A stretch of 62,138 nt of DNA, counting the filler. It is 4 parts of 4 records of this genome, joined end to end, with 100 filler letters (N's around TTAATTAATTAA, not from the genome) between each part and the next. Parts side by side here need not be neighbours in the genome. Positions count along the whole stretch, not along the records: positions 19,161 to 30,456 come from SRR31156797_12890; positions 30,557 to 44,757 come from SRR31156797_12896; 2 more parts are not named here. One strand, given 5' to 3'. Below, in pieces: positions 29,615 to 40,192 of this stretch (position 1 is the stretch's first letter; every line of letters starts with the position of its first letter). The translations under genes and the position numbers were made by a program. Under the pieces are notes generated by a model. The model made no database searches. It saw nothing but the letters and a program-made list of their open reading frames with translations, and was not told the origin of the DNA.

Positions 29615-30358
29615 ATGAAAAAAAGTTTGAATATTTTTATTATGTTATTTACATTTATTTCTGTTTTTTCGTATGAATTCCCTGATGAAGTGGTATTTGC
29701 AGCAGTACGGCCGGATACAGACCCAACTACCAGATGGTTAATTGAGCTTGGTACAGAGGCTTTCAATAGAATAGGAATAAATTTTAAATTCATTAACCTG
29801 CCTCCAAGACGGGTAATGCAATATGGAGATAGTGGCCAAATTGACGGTGATATTGGTAGAATATATAATTACTCCGATCTGCATCCTAATTTAATTAGAA
29901 TAGAGGAACATACTATTATTATTCACTTTTCGGCTTTCTCCTTAGATAAAAGTATCGAATTAAGCGGCTGGGAAAGCCTGCGTAATACTTCCTATAGAGT
30001 CGAAAGACGTCTGGGGATAAAAGGAGCGGAGTTAGGTCTGAAAAATGTTGTGCCGGAGGATATGCAGAGTGTAGCTAAGGATATTGACGAAGCATTGCGA
30101 AAGTTAAAAGCTGAGCGAACTGATATCTATGTTGATACTAGGGATTATGTGTTAAAAATTATGGAAAGTGAAGAATTTAAAAGTTACGGAATTGATCTAT
30201 ATGAAGTTGGTATAATGCACACAATTACCAGCCATATGCATCTGCATAAAAAACATAAGGAATTGGCTCCAATTATATCTGAAGAGTTAAAGAAGATGAA
30301 AGAGGAAGGAAGATTTGAATATTACAAGAAAAAAATGGGGATAAATATTAATTGGTAA
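29615..30358 (+). CDS. Orphan family-3-like (amino-acid type) solute-binding protein
   Basis: Signal peptide; EAFNRIGI...LPPRR...GQIDGD..R, KLKAERTD and LKKMKEEG; RBS GAGGTG. Confidence 0.8.
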   Translation: MKKSLNIFIMLFTFISVFSYEFPDEVVFAAVRPDTDPTTRWLIELGTEAFNRIGINFKFINLPPRRVMQYGDSGQIDGDIGRIYNYSDLHPNLIRIEEHTIIIHFSAFSLDKSIELSGWESLRNTSYRVERRLGIKGAELGLKNVVPEDMQSVAKDIDEALRKLKAERTDIYVDTRDYVLKIMESEEFKSYGIDLYEVGIMHTITSHMHLHKKHKELAPIISEELKKMKEEGRFEYYKKKMGININW

Positions 30359-30427
30359 TAATATTTTAATTTCACTAAAAAAATAACTAATATGAGCTGC
30401 AAAAATAACCGCAAGAATCTATTTCAG

Positions 30428-30456
30428 CCCGGGTAAATATGGAATTTACCCCTACA
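30428..30456 (-). repeat. GTAG-type REP-like palindrome at the contig end
   Basis: Minus strand reads GTAG-GGGTAAAT-TCCAT-ATTTACCC. Confidence 0.6.
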
Positions 30457-30556
30457 NNNNNNNNNNNNNNNNNNNNNNNNNNNNNNNNNNNNNNNNNNNN
30501 TTAATTAATTAANNNNNNNNNNNNNNNNNNNNNNNNNNNNNNNNNNNNNNNNNNNN
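30457..30556. other. Artificial contig spacer
   Basis: N44-TTAATTAATTAA-N44. Confidence 0.98.
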
Positions 30557-31081
30557 CATCTCTTTATGATGTACAATTGGTCCAGCAATTAATTGAGGGA
30601 AAAAAGAGACAAATACTGCATAGTTTAAAAAGTCATACTCTTTTGTCTCACCCTTATACGAATCTACGAGGTATGCTATTTGTTGAAAAGTAAAAAAAGA
30701 GATCGCTAAAGGTAAAGCTAGCTCCAAAAGTCCCATATCACTACTAAATACAAAGTTAATATTACTAATAAAAAAATCAGCATATTTAAAATACCCAAGC
30801 AATGCAATATTTGTAATGATCCCTATTATTAATAATTGTTTTTTAGCTACTCGTATATCTGTTTCATCTTTATTTATAGTTCGTCCAATAATATAATTAA
30901 AAAGCATTGAGCTTAAGATGAGTGGTAAATAGATAATATTCCACCAACTATAAAAAAATAAAGAGGATACTACTAAAAACCCTTTGGAAGCTTCTGTCAT
31001 CCTTTTACTATTTAAATAAAAATAGATAAAAAAGCTTAGAGGTAAAAAGAAAAAGATAAACTCATAACTATTAAATAACAT
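30557..31081 (-). CDS. MBOAT family O-acyltransferase (AlgI/DltB-like), 3' truncated
   Basis: MLFNSYEF, SLFFYSWW, LPLAISFFTFQQIAYLVD and FFPQLIAGPIV. Confidence 0.93.
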
Positions 31082-31093
31082 CTTATTCCATAT

Positions 31094-32368
31094 CTATTCA
31101 ACTGATTTATAGTATTTATTTTGCGTCAAGAAAATTCCGATAAAAAAGGCAAATAAACCTAATATCTTTGTACCATGGTAAATAATATCCGTTAAGCCAT
31201 AAATTAAAAATACAACTATAAAAAGTTTGATAAGTACTTTTTCTTCATCTTCTACTTTGAGTTTATAAAGTTTTACAAAAAGTAATAGATAGACTAAAAG
31301 AGCCAATAGTCCTCCATCTATCCATGTCTGTATATATTGATTATGGACATGATCATAATGAAGTGCTGGAAGTCTATTAGGGTCATGTTCTTCCATATAG
31401 TTTCTTACTAACTCTTTAGAATCACCCATCCCGTATCCTAAAAAGAAGTTTTTAGGATCTCCAAATAATAACTCTGCATTGGTGATATTAAAAGCTATTC
31501 TTACCCCAAAGGAGGTAGAATAATCTTGGGATGATACAACCCCTTGAATATCTGTTACTCCCCTTTGTAGTCTTTCACTAAAACTCTCTACATTCGTTAA
31601 TATGATAAACCCTAAAAGTCCTAAAGCTACTATAGTTATCATAAAATGTTTAAGGTTTTTCACATATTGAAATACAAAGATAAGTAAAAAGGCTATAGCG
31701 ATCAAATATCCTGTTCGACTTCCAACTATAAAAATATCAAAGCCAAATAAAATGATAGAAAAAACAAAAAAAGCTTTCCAGTATCTATTTTGCATTTTTT
31801 GTAAAAAGTAAACAGATAAGCAGATACCAAAAGAGAGTAATATAGAAAATATAATATGGTGGACTTTACAAGTGGGAAGTCCTATATTTCGACTAATTCC
31901 CTGCGGGTCTATAAAATTTAAATAAATACCATAAGAACATAATGACATAATAAATATTTGAATAAAAAGAGCTATCAATATATATCGTATAAACTCTTTT
32001 TTCAAAGAGGTTGCCATGTACATACCAATAAGAAAATATTCTATAGGCTTTTCTAGGATATATAAATATCCATTGGGATACTTATCATCCCAAAAACCTT
32101 GTGAGATAGAATCACTCAAAAATGTCAAAGAGAATAAAAACAATACTACAATTGTAAAATAATAAAGAATAACTTTCTGCTCTTTTATTTGCCTAAACTT
32201 TTGTATAAAGTTTCCCTCAAGAAGCCAAAGGAGTGTAGCTAAATAGATCGCTAATCTATGAGCTCCACTATCTAATAAAAAGCTTAAGGCATACAATACA
32301 AAAACAATATTTAAAGAAAAAGTGATATACCCTTTTTGCTGTATCTTTTCAAAAGAGTTTTTAAGCAC
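31094..32368 (-). CDS. waaL: O-antigen ligase (WaaL/Wzy_C) family protein
   Basis: Multi-TM protein; GSRTG, S.GVR, GYGMG and HVHNQY motifs; located in an LPS locus. Confidence 0.82.
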   Translation of the reverse strand: MLKNSFEKIQQKGYITFSLNIVFVLYALSFLLDSGAHRLAIYLATLLWLLEGNFIQKFRQIKEQKVILYYFTIVVLFLFSLTFLSDSISQGFWDDKYPNGYLYILEKPIEYFLIGMYMATSLKKEFIRYILIALFIQIFIMSLCSYGIYLNFIDPQGISRNIGLPTCKVHHIIFSILLSFGICLSVYFLQKMQNRYWKAFFVFSIILFGFDIFIVGSRTGYLIAIAFLLIFVFQYVKNLKHFMITIVALGLLGFIILTNVESFSERLQRGVTDIQGVVSSQDYSTSFGVRIAFNITNAELLFGDPKNFFLGYGMGDSKELVRNYMEEHDPNRLPALHYDHVHNQYIQTWIDGGLLALLVYLLLFVKLYKLKVEDEEKVLIKLFIVVFLIYGLTDIIYHGTKILGLFAFFIGIFLTQNKYYKSVE

Positions 32369-33434
32369 TATTTTTCCCTATCTTTGTTACTACATCTATA
32401 TAGTGTGAAATAAAGTTTTTTCGATCAAACCTTTGGAGGTTTTTTTCAGTGTACTTAGGATAGTTTTCTAAAGCTAAAACAATCTTTTGGGAGAGTTCCT
32501 CTGCATCATTTACTTTTGCCAAATAGTTTTGAAACTCCTCTATTAAAACCTCTGATGGTCCAGATTTACAATTAGTGCTCACTATTGGTACATCTAAAGC
32601 AACTGCTTCAACCAACACCCTAGGTAATCCTTCTCTCTCAGAACTCAATACTAATAGCTTTGCATTTTTAATATATGGATATGGGTTTTGTTGATATCCA
32701 GTAACTATCACTTTATCACTTAAACCTAAAGAGTTGATCATATTTTGAAGCTTCTCATTTGAATCAGTTAATAAAACTAACTTCATCTCAAGATCTGCTT
32801 TTTTATATGCTTCTAGTAAGATATCGTGTCTTTTATAAGGATTTGTTGCCCCCACATGGATAATATAAGGGAAATCATATTCACAACTCTCCTTAGCTAA
32901 TCTTCTTATCTTTTCAATATCAAAGGGATTATAGATCGACTGAATTGACTTTACTGGAATAAATTTTAAAATATCATTTTTAATATCTTCAGAGACTGTG
33001 ATAAGATGCTGATCTTTAAAGATCAGTTTATAAATAAACTCTTTTTTTAAAAAACGGATATATGACTTTTCTTTCATAAGATACAGATCACTTAAGATAT
33101 TTGCTCTTATATAATGGATCTTTTTTACCTTTAAAAACTTTACTATCCTAGAAGTTGAATCCACATGGGAGATAATAAGATCAGCTCCTATCTCATCATA
33201 TAGTTTTTTAAGCTTCTTTGCTAGTAAAAAGTCACCTAAAAGATCAAGTTTTTTATAAAACTTTTTATCTTTTACCAAAGAGTAACACTTGATATTCTCA
33301 GGAGTATATTTTTTCTTATCTTCTACAAGTACAAGATGGTTTTCTATCTCTCCCTCTGTTGTATTAATAATATCAATAGTACTTTTTTGAGCCCCACCTG
33401 AAGAAATATTTGGTAAGAGATGGATCACTTTCAC
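32361..33434 (-). CDS. GT4 glycosyltransferase
   Basis: GGAQK, IYNPFD, KRHDILL and SEREGLPRVLVEA...GPSE. Confidence 0.92.
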   Translation of the reverse strand: MKVIHLLPNISSGGAQKSTIDIINTTEGEIENHLVLVEDKKKYTPENIKCYSLVKDKKFYKKLDLLGDFLLAKKLKKLYDEIGADLIISHVDSTSRIVKFLKVKKIHYIRANILSDLYLMKEKSYIRFLKKEFIYKLIFKDQHLITVSEDIKNDILKFIPVKSIQSIYNPFDIEKIRRLAKESCEYDFPYIIHVGATNPYKRHDILLEAYKKADLEMKLVLLTDSNEKLQNMINSLGLSDKVIVTGYQQNPYPYIKNAKLLVLSSEREGLPRVLVEAVALDVPIVSTNCKSGPSEVLIEEFQNYLAKVNDAEELSQKIVLALENYPKYTEKNLQRFDRKNFISHYIDVVTKIGKNSA

Positions 33435-34519
33435 GCTATTTTCTCCTCTAAAATAACTTCCAATTGTTTATAGACACTTTTAGGATGAAACTTCGTTAAA
33501 ATTGAATCAGGGATCTCTATCTTTTCTTCTCCTAATGCCTCATCTATCTTTTTTGCTAAAGTAGTTGGATCTCCCATAGGAACCAACCAACGGGCAAGTT
33601 CATCCACTAAAAGCTCATTTGGTCCAGTAGGACAATCGGTACTTACTACTGGTGTTCCTAAGATTAAAGACTCTACTACTACTCTAGGTAGTCCTTCACG
33701 ATCAGAAGAGAGTATCAATAGCTTTGCATTTTTGATGTATTTGTATGGGTTTTGTTGAAAGCCTAAAATAATCACTTTTTCTTCTATCTCTCTTTGTTTG
33801 ATCATCTCTTTTAGTTTTGGTGTCTCATTGGTAAGAACCACTAGTTTTATATCACTTTTTAATTTTGTAATAGCATCTAAAAGTACATCGTATCTTTTTT
33901 GTTTTTTAAAAGATGAAGAGGAGATAATATACTCAAAATCAAGTTCATTTGTCTCTTTCCCTTTTTCTCTTATACTCTCAAAATCAAAAGGGTTATAGAT
34001 CAAGTAGCTATTTTTATAAGTGATATCTAGTTGATCAAAATCTTTTTGCATATCACGGGAGATAAAGATCAACTCTTCATTGGAATAAAGATATTGATAA
34101 AGTTTTCTTTTTTTATTGGCTCTTCTTTTACTAAACTTGCCTATCTCAGCACTTAAAGCCATATGGATAGTAAATATTTTTCTTGGATGTTTTAAAAGTT
34201 TTACAACCCTATCTGCTCTTGGTAAGTGGGAAAATACGATATCAAATACTCCATGCTGCTTCATCTTATTTCCTAAAAGCTGTGCATAGATGATATCCCC
34301 TATTTTTCCAAGCCACTTATATTGATTTCTTCCCTTTGATAAAGGAACCACTTCGATACCAAATTCACTTGTATCATATGCTATCACATTATCAACTATA
34401 AATATAACCACATTATGACCATTTTCTTTTAAGAGTTTACAACGATTTAAAACCGATTTTTCAGCACCATTTCCACCAAGATCAGTGACTACTGCTGCTA
34501 TATTCATTTTATTTTGCAT
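33431..34519 (-). CDS. GT4 glycosyltransferase (paralogue of its neighbour)
   Basis: NGAEK, IYNPFD, QKRYD and SDREGLPRVVVES...GPNE. Confidence 0.92.
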   Translation of the reverse strand: MQNKMNIAAVVTDLGGNGAEKSVLNRCKLLKENGHNVVIFIVDNVIAYDTSEFGIEVVPLSKGRNQYKWLGKIGDIIYAQLLGNKMKQHGVFDIVFSHLPRADRVVKLLKHPRKIFTIHMALSAEIGKFSKRRANKKRKLYQYLYSNEELIFISRDMQKDFDQLDITYKNSYLIYNPFDFESIREKGKETNELDFEYIISSSSFKKQKRYDVLLDAITKLKSDIKLVVLTNETPKLKEMIKQREIEEKVIILGFQQNPYKYIKNAKLLILSSDREGLPRVVVESLILGTPVVSTDCPTGPNELLVDELARWLVPMGDPTTLAKKIDEALGEEKIEIPDSILTKFHPKSVYKQLEVILEEKIA

Positions 34520-35530
34520 TTAACTCTCCAAACCTTTTAATACATTACTCTTTTTTAAATTTTGGGCTATCTCCAAATATGAATCTTGTATATCTATTTG
34601 ATCCACAACTTTTGGAATATTCTCACCTATTTTGTACCTTGTAATGAGTTTTTTTGATTCAAAAGTATCGATGATCATCTTATATTTTTTATTCTCTTTA
34701 ATATTACTTGGATACATAGAATAAACCTCTTTTTTTGAAGCAATCGCTTCTGAGAGCATAGAAGAGCTTTCTTCAGTGACAAATATCTTTTCACTTGCTC
34801 CTAAAAAAGCACCCATCACCTTTTGAGGGTTTTGGCTCCAAATCACTTTATAGCCGATATATTCACTCTCGAACTCTGCAACTACATTATCAAGGAGTTC
34901 ACCTGTTCTTCGTGAAGTTGTTACTAGTACACATTTATCTTCTTGTTTGGCTAACTCAGTTACTTTACTTAGAAGCAGTATAATATCTTTTGCACTAAAA
35001 GAGTACCCTGATCCTTCACCACCAATTATTATGCTATAACAACTTTTAGTGATATGATGTTCTTCTAAAAAAGCTTTCCCTTTTTGAATAATCTCATCAC
35101 TAACAATAGTATTTGGAGGAAGATTTAAAACAATATTATTCTTACATCCCAAAGGATTAACTGAAAATACGATATCAAAGAGTTTATGATTTAAATTTCT
35201 CAAACTCCCATTAAAAATATTTTTGCACTTGTAGTGCTGTTTTAAATAAGCATTTAAAAAAGAGGTATTTCCACCAGAAGAGATAATTATATCTGGAAGC
35301 TGTTTTGGAGCTTCAAAGTTTCTATAAAAATATCCCATATTTTTTAAACGAAGCCATAAAGGATTAAGATTTAAGATCACTTTTAAAAGTTCCCTTTTAA
35401 ACTTACTTTTAATCTGTACCTCTAAAGTTTCCACTTCAACTGTATCATAAAGATATTCAATAGATTTGAGTATCCCATAGCTTTGATTATAGTGTCCAGG
35501 TTTATCATCTTTGATAAGTAAAAGTTTCAT
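34520..35530 (-). CDS. ELM1/GtrOC1 family putative glycosyltransferase
   Basis: DDKPGHYNQS, IISSGG, IIGG, TTSRRT and VTEESSSMLSEA. Confidence 0.88.
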   Translation of the reverse strand: MKLLLIKDDKPGHYNQSYGILKSIEYLYDTVEVETLEVQIKSKFKRELLKVILNLNPLWLRLKNMGYFYRNFEAPKQLPDIIISSGGNTSFLNAYLKQHYKCKNIFNGSLRNLNHKLFDIVFSVNPLGCKNNIVLNLPPNTIVSDEIIQKGKAFLEEHHITKSCYSIIIGGEGSGYSFSAKDIILLLSKVTELAKQEDKCVLVTTSRRTGELLDNVVAEFESEYIGYKVIWSQNPQKVMGAFLGASEKIFVTEESSSMLSEAIASKKEVYSMYPSNIKENKKYKMIIDTFESKKLITRYKIGENIPKVVDQIDIQDSYLEIAQNLKKSNVLKGLES

Positions 35531-36543
35531 TGAAACACCAACTTATAAATATCAATGGTCTTATCTATCATATTTTGAATCGTAAAGTTATCTTTTGCAA
35601 AGTCAAAGATACCATTTTCAAAATCTCTTAGCGTATCATCATAATTCTCTTTGATGATCTCAATTTTTTTAGCTAAACTTTTAGGATCATCAAAAGGGAT
35701 CATATAATTTTCACCTAGTGTATCTTTGATATCAGCCACATCAGTTGAAATAATAGGAGTTTGCATAAAAAGAGCTTCAGCAAATACATATCCAAATCCT
35801 TCTTTATCTGAAGGCAATACAAATAGTTTAGATGACTTTACGATCTGCTTTGCTTCTATATTCTCTACCATTCCAGTAAAAGTGATCTTATCTTGAAGGT
35901 CATTCTCTCCAGCTAACTTTTTTAAAGACTCTTCTTCCTCTCCATATCCTACCAAAACTAAATGGATATTTTGAAGATATTGCATACTATTTATTAACAC
36001 ATCAAATCGTTTCTGCATTGCAAATCTTCCAACAGAACAAATAATAAATCGATCCTGTGGGATATCATACTTTTTATAAAGATCAATAGAAGTAACCTCT
36101 TCAAGTTCTAATCCATTATAAATAGTTGTTTTATTCTCCATATTTAGCTGTTTACCAATAGTATTTGAAACTGTGATCACATGATCCATTTTATAAAATG
36201 CTTTGAGATTTTTTTTCATATTATGAAGTGTTGCTACTACTTTTGTATCTAAAAATGGTTTTATTTTAGCCACCATTGCAGTAGCTTTATTTGCTTGTGC
36301 ATGAATAACGTCAAATCTTTTTTCTTTTAAGATCTTATAAAACTTATATAAAATAAAAGGGTTATTTCTCCCTTTTGAAAGATCAAGAGCAATAAACTTT
36401 ACATTTTTAAATAGAGGCTCAAAATCTTTATGAGCAATCACTGTTACCTCTATACCTTGTTCGGCTAAGCCTTTTGCCAATTCAATAGTATGTTTTTCTA
36501 AACCACCATCTTCATTTCCAGCTAATACTTGACAAACTCTCAT
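35527..36543 (-). CDS. GT4 glycosyltransferase
   Basis: DGGLEKH, VGRF..QKRFD and SDKEGFGYVFAEA. Confidence 0.92.
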   Translation of the reverse strand: MRVCQVLAGNEDGGLEKHTIELAKGLAEQGIEVTVIAHKDFEPLFKNVKFIALDLSKGRNNPFILYKFYKILKEKRFDVIHAQANKATAMVAKIKPFLDTKVVATLHNMKKNLKAFYKMDHVITVSNTIGKQLNMENKTTIYNGLELEEVTSIDLYKKYDIPQDRFIICSVGRFAMQKRFDVLINSMQYLQNIHLVLVGYGEEEESLKKLAGENDLQDKITFTGMVENIEAKQIVKSSKLFVLPSDKEGFGYVFAEALFMQTPIISTDVADIKDTLGENYMIPFDDPKSLAKKIEIIKENYDDTLRDFENGIFDFAKDNFTIQNMIDKTIDIYKLVFQ

Positions 36544-37358
36544 CTATATAAACCTTTGATCCCACGTTTTAGCTTTATTTTAAAAGCAAGCATGGTATCT
36601 TTTCCACTTACTGTAACTCTTTTTAATTCAAACAAGTCTCTAGCTTGGATACTATCGATACCTTTTTGGGTAGTTGTAGCATTAGTATATCCACTTTGTT
36701 GTACTATCTTTTTATCTTCTGCATCATAGAGTCCAAAAGGGTAACAAAACGATTTACACTCAATTTGAAAAAACTCTTCAATCTGCTTTTTAGAATTTTG
36801 AATCTCAAAAAGTTTTTGCTCTTTATTTAAAGTTGGTAAGTTATCGTGAGTCATGGTGTGTGAACCTATCTCTATCAATCCTGAATCTAGCATCTCTTTA
36901 ATTTGTCCATCACTTAGTTTTAACTCTTGCATAAGCTCACCGCTGCTATTTTTCTTTTTTCGTTTTGTTGACCATTCCCTGTTGTGCCGATCCCATACCA
37001 GATATATAGTCGCTTTAATATTATATTTTTTTAAAATAGGAAAAGCATTTGAAAAGTTATCTTCATATCCATCATCAAAAGTGATAGCAATAGATTTTGA
37101 AGGGATATTTTCTTTTTTTTCAACCAATTCACTCATTGTAAAAAAACTCCATCCTTCATCTTTTAAATATTGGAGCTGTTTTTCAAAAAGTGTAGGATCA
37201 ATTCTAAGACCATTGAACTTTGCATCTTTTTTATGAGGAGAAATCATATGATACATCAAAATTCGAGGATTTGTATAATCTATTGCCTTTGTCCACCAAG
37301 CGTAGCGTATGGAATAATAAACAACTAGAAGAAAAAGTATTAGAAAAATAAAATCCAA
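36540..37358 (-). CDS. Polysaccharide deacetylase (CE4) with membrane anchor
   Basis: ILMYH, ITFDDGY, EIGSHTMTH and FCYPFG. Confidence 0.93.
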   Translation of the reverse strand: MDFIFLILFLLVVYYSIRYAWWTKAIDYTNPRILMYHMISPHKKDAKFNGLRIDPTLFEKQLQYLKDEGWSFFTMSELVEKKENIPSKSIAITFDDGYEDNFSNAFPILKKYNIKATIYLVWDRHNREWSTKRKKKNSSGELMQELKLSDGQIKEMLDSGLIEIGSHTMTHDNLPTLNKEQKLFEIQNSKKQIEEFFQIECKSFCYPFGLYDAEDKKIVQQSGYTNATTTQKGIDSIQARDLFELKRVTVSGKDTMLAFKIKLKRGIKGLYR

Positions 37359-37360
37359 AT

Positions 37361-38446
37361 TTAAATGACCTTGTTATACACACCTATCGTTTTTTCAACC
37401 ATATTATGTAAACTAAAATTGTTAGATATATAATTATACCCGTTAAAATTTAAACTTTGTGACTTTACGATATATTGACTTAAAAGTGTAACATCACCTA
37501 TCTCAAAAAAGAAACCATTTTCATTCTCTTTTATAATATCTTTTACTCCACCATGATTTGTAGCAATCACAGGTGTCTCTAAAGCAATAGCTTCAGCAAC
37601 AGCTCTTCCAAAGCTCTCAGGTTTTTTTGAACAGCTTACAACCACATCACTTAAAGCATATATCTCTGCTATTTTCTTTTGACTTCCAGTAAAAAAGATA
37701 TTATTTTCAAGATCTAAGCTTTTTACTAATGATTTTAAACTCTCAAAATAATCTTGTTTATCTTCTCTTACTCCACCTACAATGAGTCCAGTAACTGCAT
37801 CATTTTCTTTTTTTACTAATGCAATACTTTTAATAAAAGTTTCATAATCCTTTAATTGAGTGATTCGACCTACTGAAGTAACTACAAATCTATTTTCTAA
37901 AGAATAACTTTTTTGAAACTCATCTATAAAGTTTTGATCTAAATTATTACTATTAAAAAGATCAAGGTCAATTCCCCTTGGAATTACTGTAGTCTTTTTA
38001 TCTTCTATTTTATAATGTTTTTGAATATACTCTTTAATGGCACCACTTACACAGATCACATGATCAGCTTTTGTCATGATCTTACTATAAAAATTTACAG
38101 AGTTAAATCCATGAACTGTACTTATGACTTTTAAGTTTAAACTCTTATTTGCTAAATAGACAATCCAAGCTGGCACCCTGCTTCTTACATGGATAATATC
38201 AGGTTGAAGTTCAAGTAAAATTTTTTTTAAACCTTTTACGCGAGATGGCAAAGTAAATATATTTTTACTACATACATCAAAAGTAATGTGTTTTCCACCA
38301 TCTATGTTTATCTGATCTGCTTGTTTTCCACCATTACTGATCACAAATGATTCAAGAGCACTATTTACAAACTCACGATTCAGTTCAACCACACCACGCT
38401 CAACACCACCTTCATTTAATTCAGGTAATAATTGTACCACTCTCAT
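37361..38446 (-). CDS. GT4 glycosyltransferase
   Basis: LPELNEGGVERG, HVRSRVPAW, GRITQLK and PESFGRAVAEA. Confidence 0.93.
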   Translation of the reverse strand: MRVVQLLPELNEGGVERGVVELNREFVNSALESFVISNGGKQADQINIDGGKHITFDVCSKNIFTLPSRVKGLKKILLELQPDIIHVRSRVPAWIVYLANKSLNLKVISTVHGFNSVNFYSKIMTKADHVICVSGAIKEYIQKHYKIEDKKTTVIPRGIDLDLFNSNNLDQNFIDEFQKSYSLENRFVVTSVGRITQLKDYETFIKSIALVKKENDAVTGLIVGGVREDKQDYFESLKSLVKSLDLENNIFFTGSQKKIAEIYALSDVVVSCSKKPESFGRAVAEAIALETPVIATNHGGVKDIIKENENGFFFEIGDVTLLSQYIVKSQSLNFNGYNYISNNFSLHNMVEKTIGVYNKVI

Positions 38447-39318
38447 ATCTCAACCCTTTTTAAAAGCTCTTTTAAATCAACTTTTGAATCGATACTATTC
38501 ACCACATTAGCTAATTTATGATACTTACTGTTTTGTTTTTTAGATTTTAGCTTAATAATAGTTATTTTAGCATCACTATTTGCTCTAGCTTCACTAAGCA
38601 TTGAAGTAGAATCAATAGTAATAAATAGCTGATCACACACTTCAATAAAATCACTAATAGGATTAATATCTGGTGTTTTTGAATAGATCACTTCATAATC
38701 AAAACTATACTCTTCAATTAACTCTTCAATCTCTTTTGGTGTACGTCTTGATGTGGTAATATATTTTAAATGATCTGGATAGTTTGAAAAGACTTCATCC
38801 AAATATTTTTTGATAGTTTTATGATCCATAGTGAAGATATCATTACTCCCTCCTATAATGACCCCTATAGATTCTTTATCTATATCTTTTTCCACGAAAC
38901 CTTTTGGTTCATTAAAAGAAAGATTTAAAGGAACCACAGTGATATTATCTAGAAGTGGTGGATGATCATGCTTTTGAGCAATGATATGATCAAAGGTTTG
39001 ATATTTATAAGATTTTGGGAGCATTAATACAATAGATTTTTTATTATATCTTTTTGCTAATACTTTATTAAGATAATAAGTATTTGATCCTGTACTAATA
39101 ATCGCTTCATATTCTAAAAATTCTATGTTTTTAAACTCAAAAAACTTTAAAGTGTAAAAATTTAGTTGATCACAAAGATAACTTAAAACTTTAAAAAACT
39201 TACTTTGAAAAGAGATCTCTAAAATATCATACTCAATACCTTTGATTTTACAAAAAGCTATGGATTGATTGAGATGTCCTGGCTTTTTATCACTAAGTAT
39301 TAAAACTTTTTTATTCAT
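38443..39318 (-). CDS. ELM1/GtrOC1 family putative glycosyltransferase
   Basis: SDKKPGHLNQS, ISTGS, IIGG, TTSRRTP and ITIDSTSMLSEA; start trimmed to MNKKVL. Confidence 0.88.
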   Translation of the reverse strand: MNKKVLILSDKKPGHLNQSIAFCKIKGIEYDILEISFQSKFFKVLSYLCDQLNFYTLKFFEFKNIEFLEYEAIISTGSNTYYLNKVLAKRYNKKSIVLMLPKSYKYQTFDHIIAQKHDHPPLLDNITVVPLNLSFNEPKGFVEKDIDKESIGVIIGGSNDIFTMDHKTIKKYLDEVFSNYPDHLKYITTSRRTPKEIEELIEEYSFDYEVIYSKTPDINPISDFIEVCDQLFITIDSTSMLSEARANSDAKITIIKLKSKKQNSKYHKLANVVNSIDSKVDLKELLKRVEI

Positions 39319-40192
39319 ATATCTCACGGTGATAGTGTTTGAATCTTTTATGCTGCCAAAACCATTGTGATGGATTTGCTAAGATATGCTCTGAAATAGC
39401 ATCTGCTTGTTTTTGAGTGAGGATTTGAATCTGGTCTTTTCCTTCATGCTCTTTAGGTTCAATTGGAGGGTAAAACTTTCCTATATATTTTCCAAAACTT
39501 GTTCGAGTAAAAAGTAAAGGGATAATTACTGCATCATACTTTGCTGCTAATCTTGCTGTAGAATCAATAAACTTTACTTTTTGCCCTAAGAGTTTCACAG
39601 GGATCCCTTTTGAATGGTGTTGATCTATCACTAAACCTACGAGATCACCTTTTACTAAAGCTTTTACCATACCTTTTCCTGCTTCTTTGGTTGTATACAT
39701 TGTAGTATTTCGACTATTTCTTGCAGCTAAAAGATCTTTATTAAGGTATTTATTATTAAGAGGTCTTCCTACAACAGTGGTTGGACCGTATTTTAAAGGA
39801 ACAAAACTACTTCCAAATTCCCAATTTGAATAGTGTGCTGTAATTAGAATAATTTTTCTATTATTCTTTACTGCCTCTTTCATGTAGTGTTCATGTTCAA
39901 GTGTGATTTTTTTATCAAACCCTTCTAAACTTAAAGTTTCATTCTCAACAAACTCATAAAGGTTATAGGTTAAATTTTGATAGCTTTTTTTAATGATCTC
40001 TTGTTTTTCTTCATCCGTAAATTGATCTTTAAAAACCAGATCAAGATTAGCTTTTGCTATTTTTTTATGTTTTTTATTGAATTTATAAATTACAATAGCT
40101 AAAAAATCAAGCAAATATTTCATAACATTTTTGGGTAATAACAATGCTATAAATTTAAAAAATTTATATATCAAATAATATATATAATCCAC
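39311..40192 (-). CDS. htrB: Lipid A secondary (lauroyl) acyltransferase, HtrB/LpxL family
   Basis: TAHYSNWE, LVIDQ and PSQWFWQHKRFK. Confidence 0.92.
   Translation of the reverse strand: MDYIYYLIYKFFKFIALLLPKNVMKYLLDFLAIVIYKFNKKHKKIAKANLDLVFKDQFTDEEKQEIIKKSYQNLTYNLYEFVENETLSLEGFDKKITLEHEHYMKEAVKNNRKIILITAHYSNWEFGSSFVPLKYGPTTVVGRPLNNKYLNKDLLAARNSRNTTMYTTKEAGKGMVKALVKGDLVGLVIDQHHSKGIPVKLLGQKVKFIDSTARLAAKYDAVIIPLLFTRTSFGKYIGKFYPPIEPKEHEGKDQIQILTQKQADAISEHILANPSQWFWQHKRFKHYHREIYE

Noticed and set aside
30509-30556. ORF-track extensions into N runs (also 44806-44857)
   Set aside because: Artefacts of the spacer; the stop codons come from the linker
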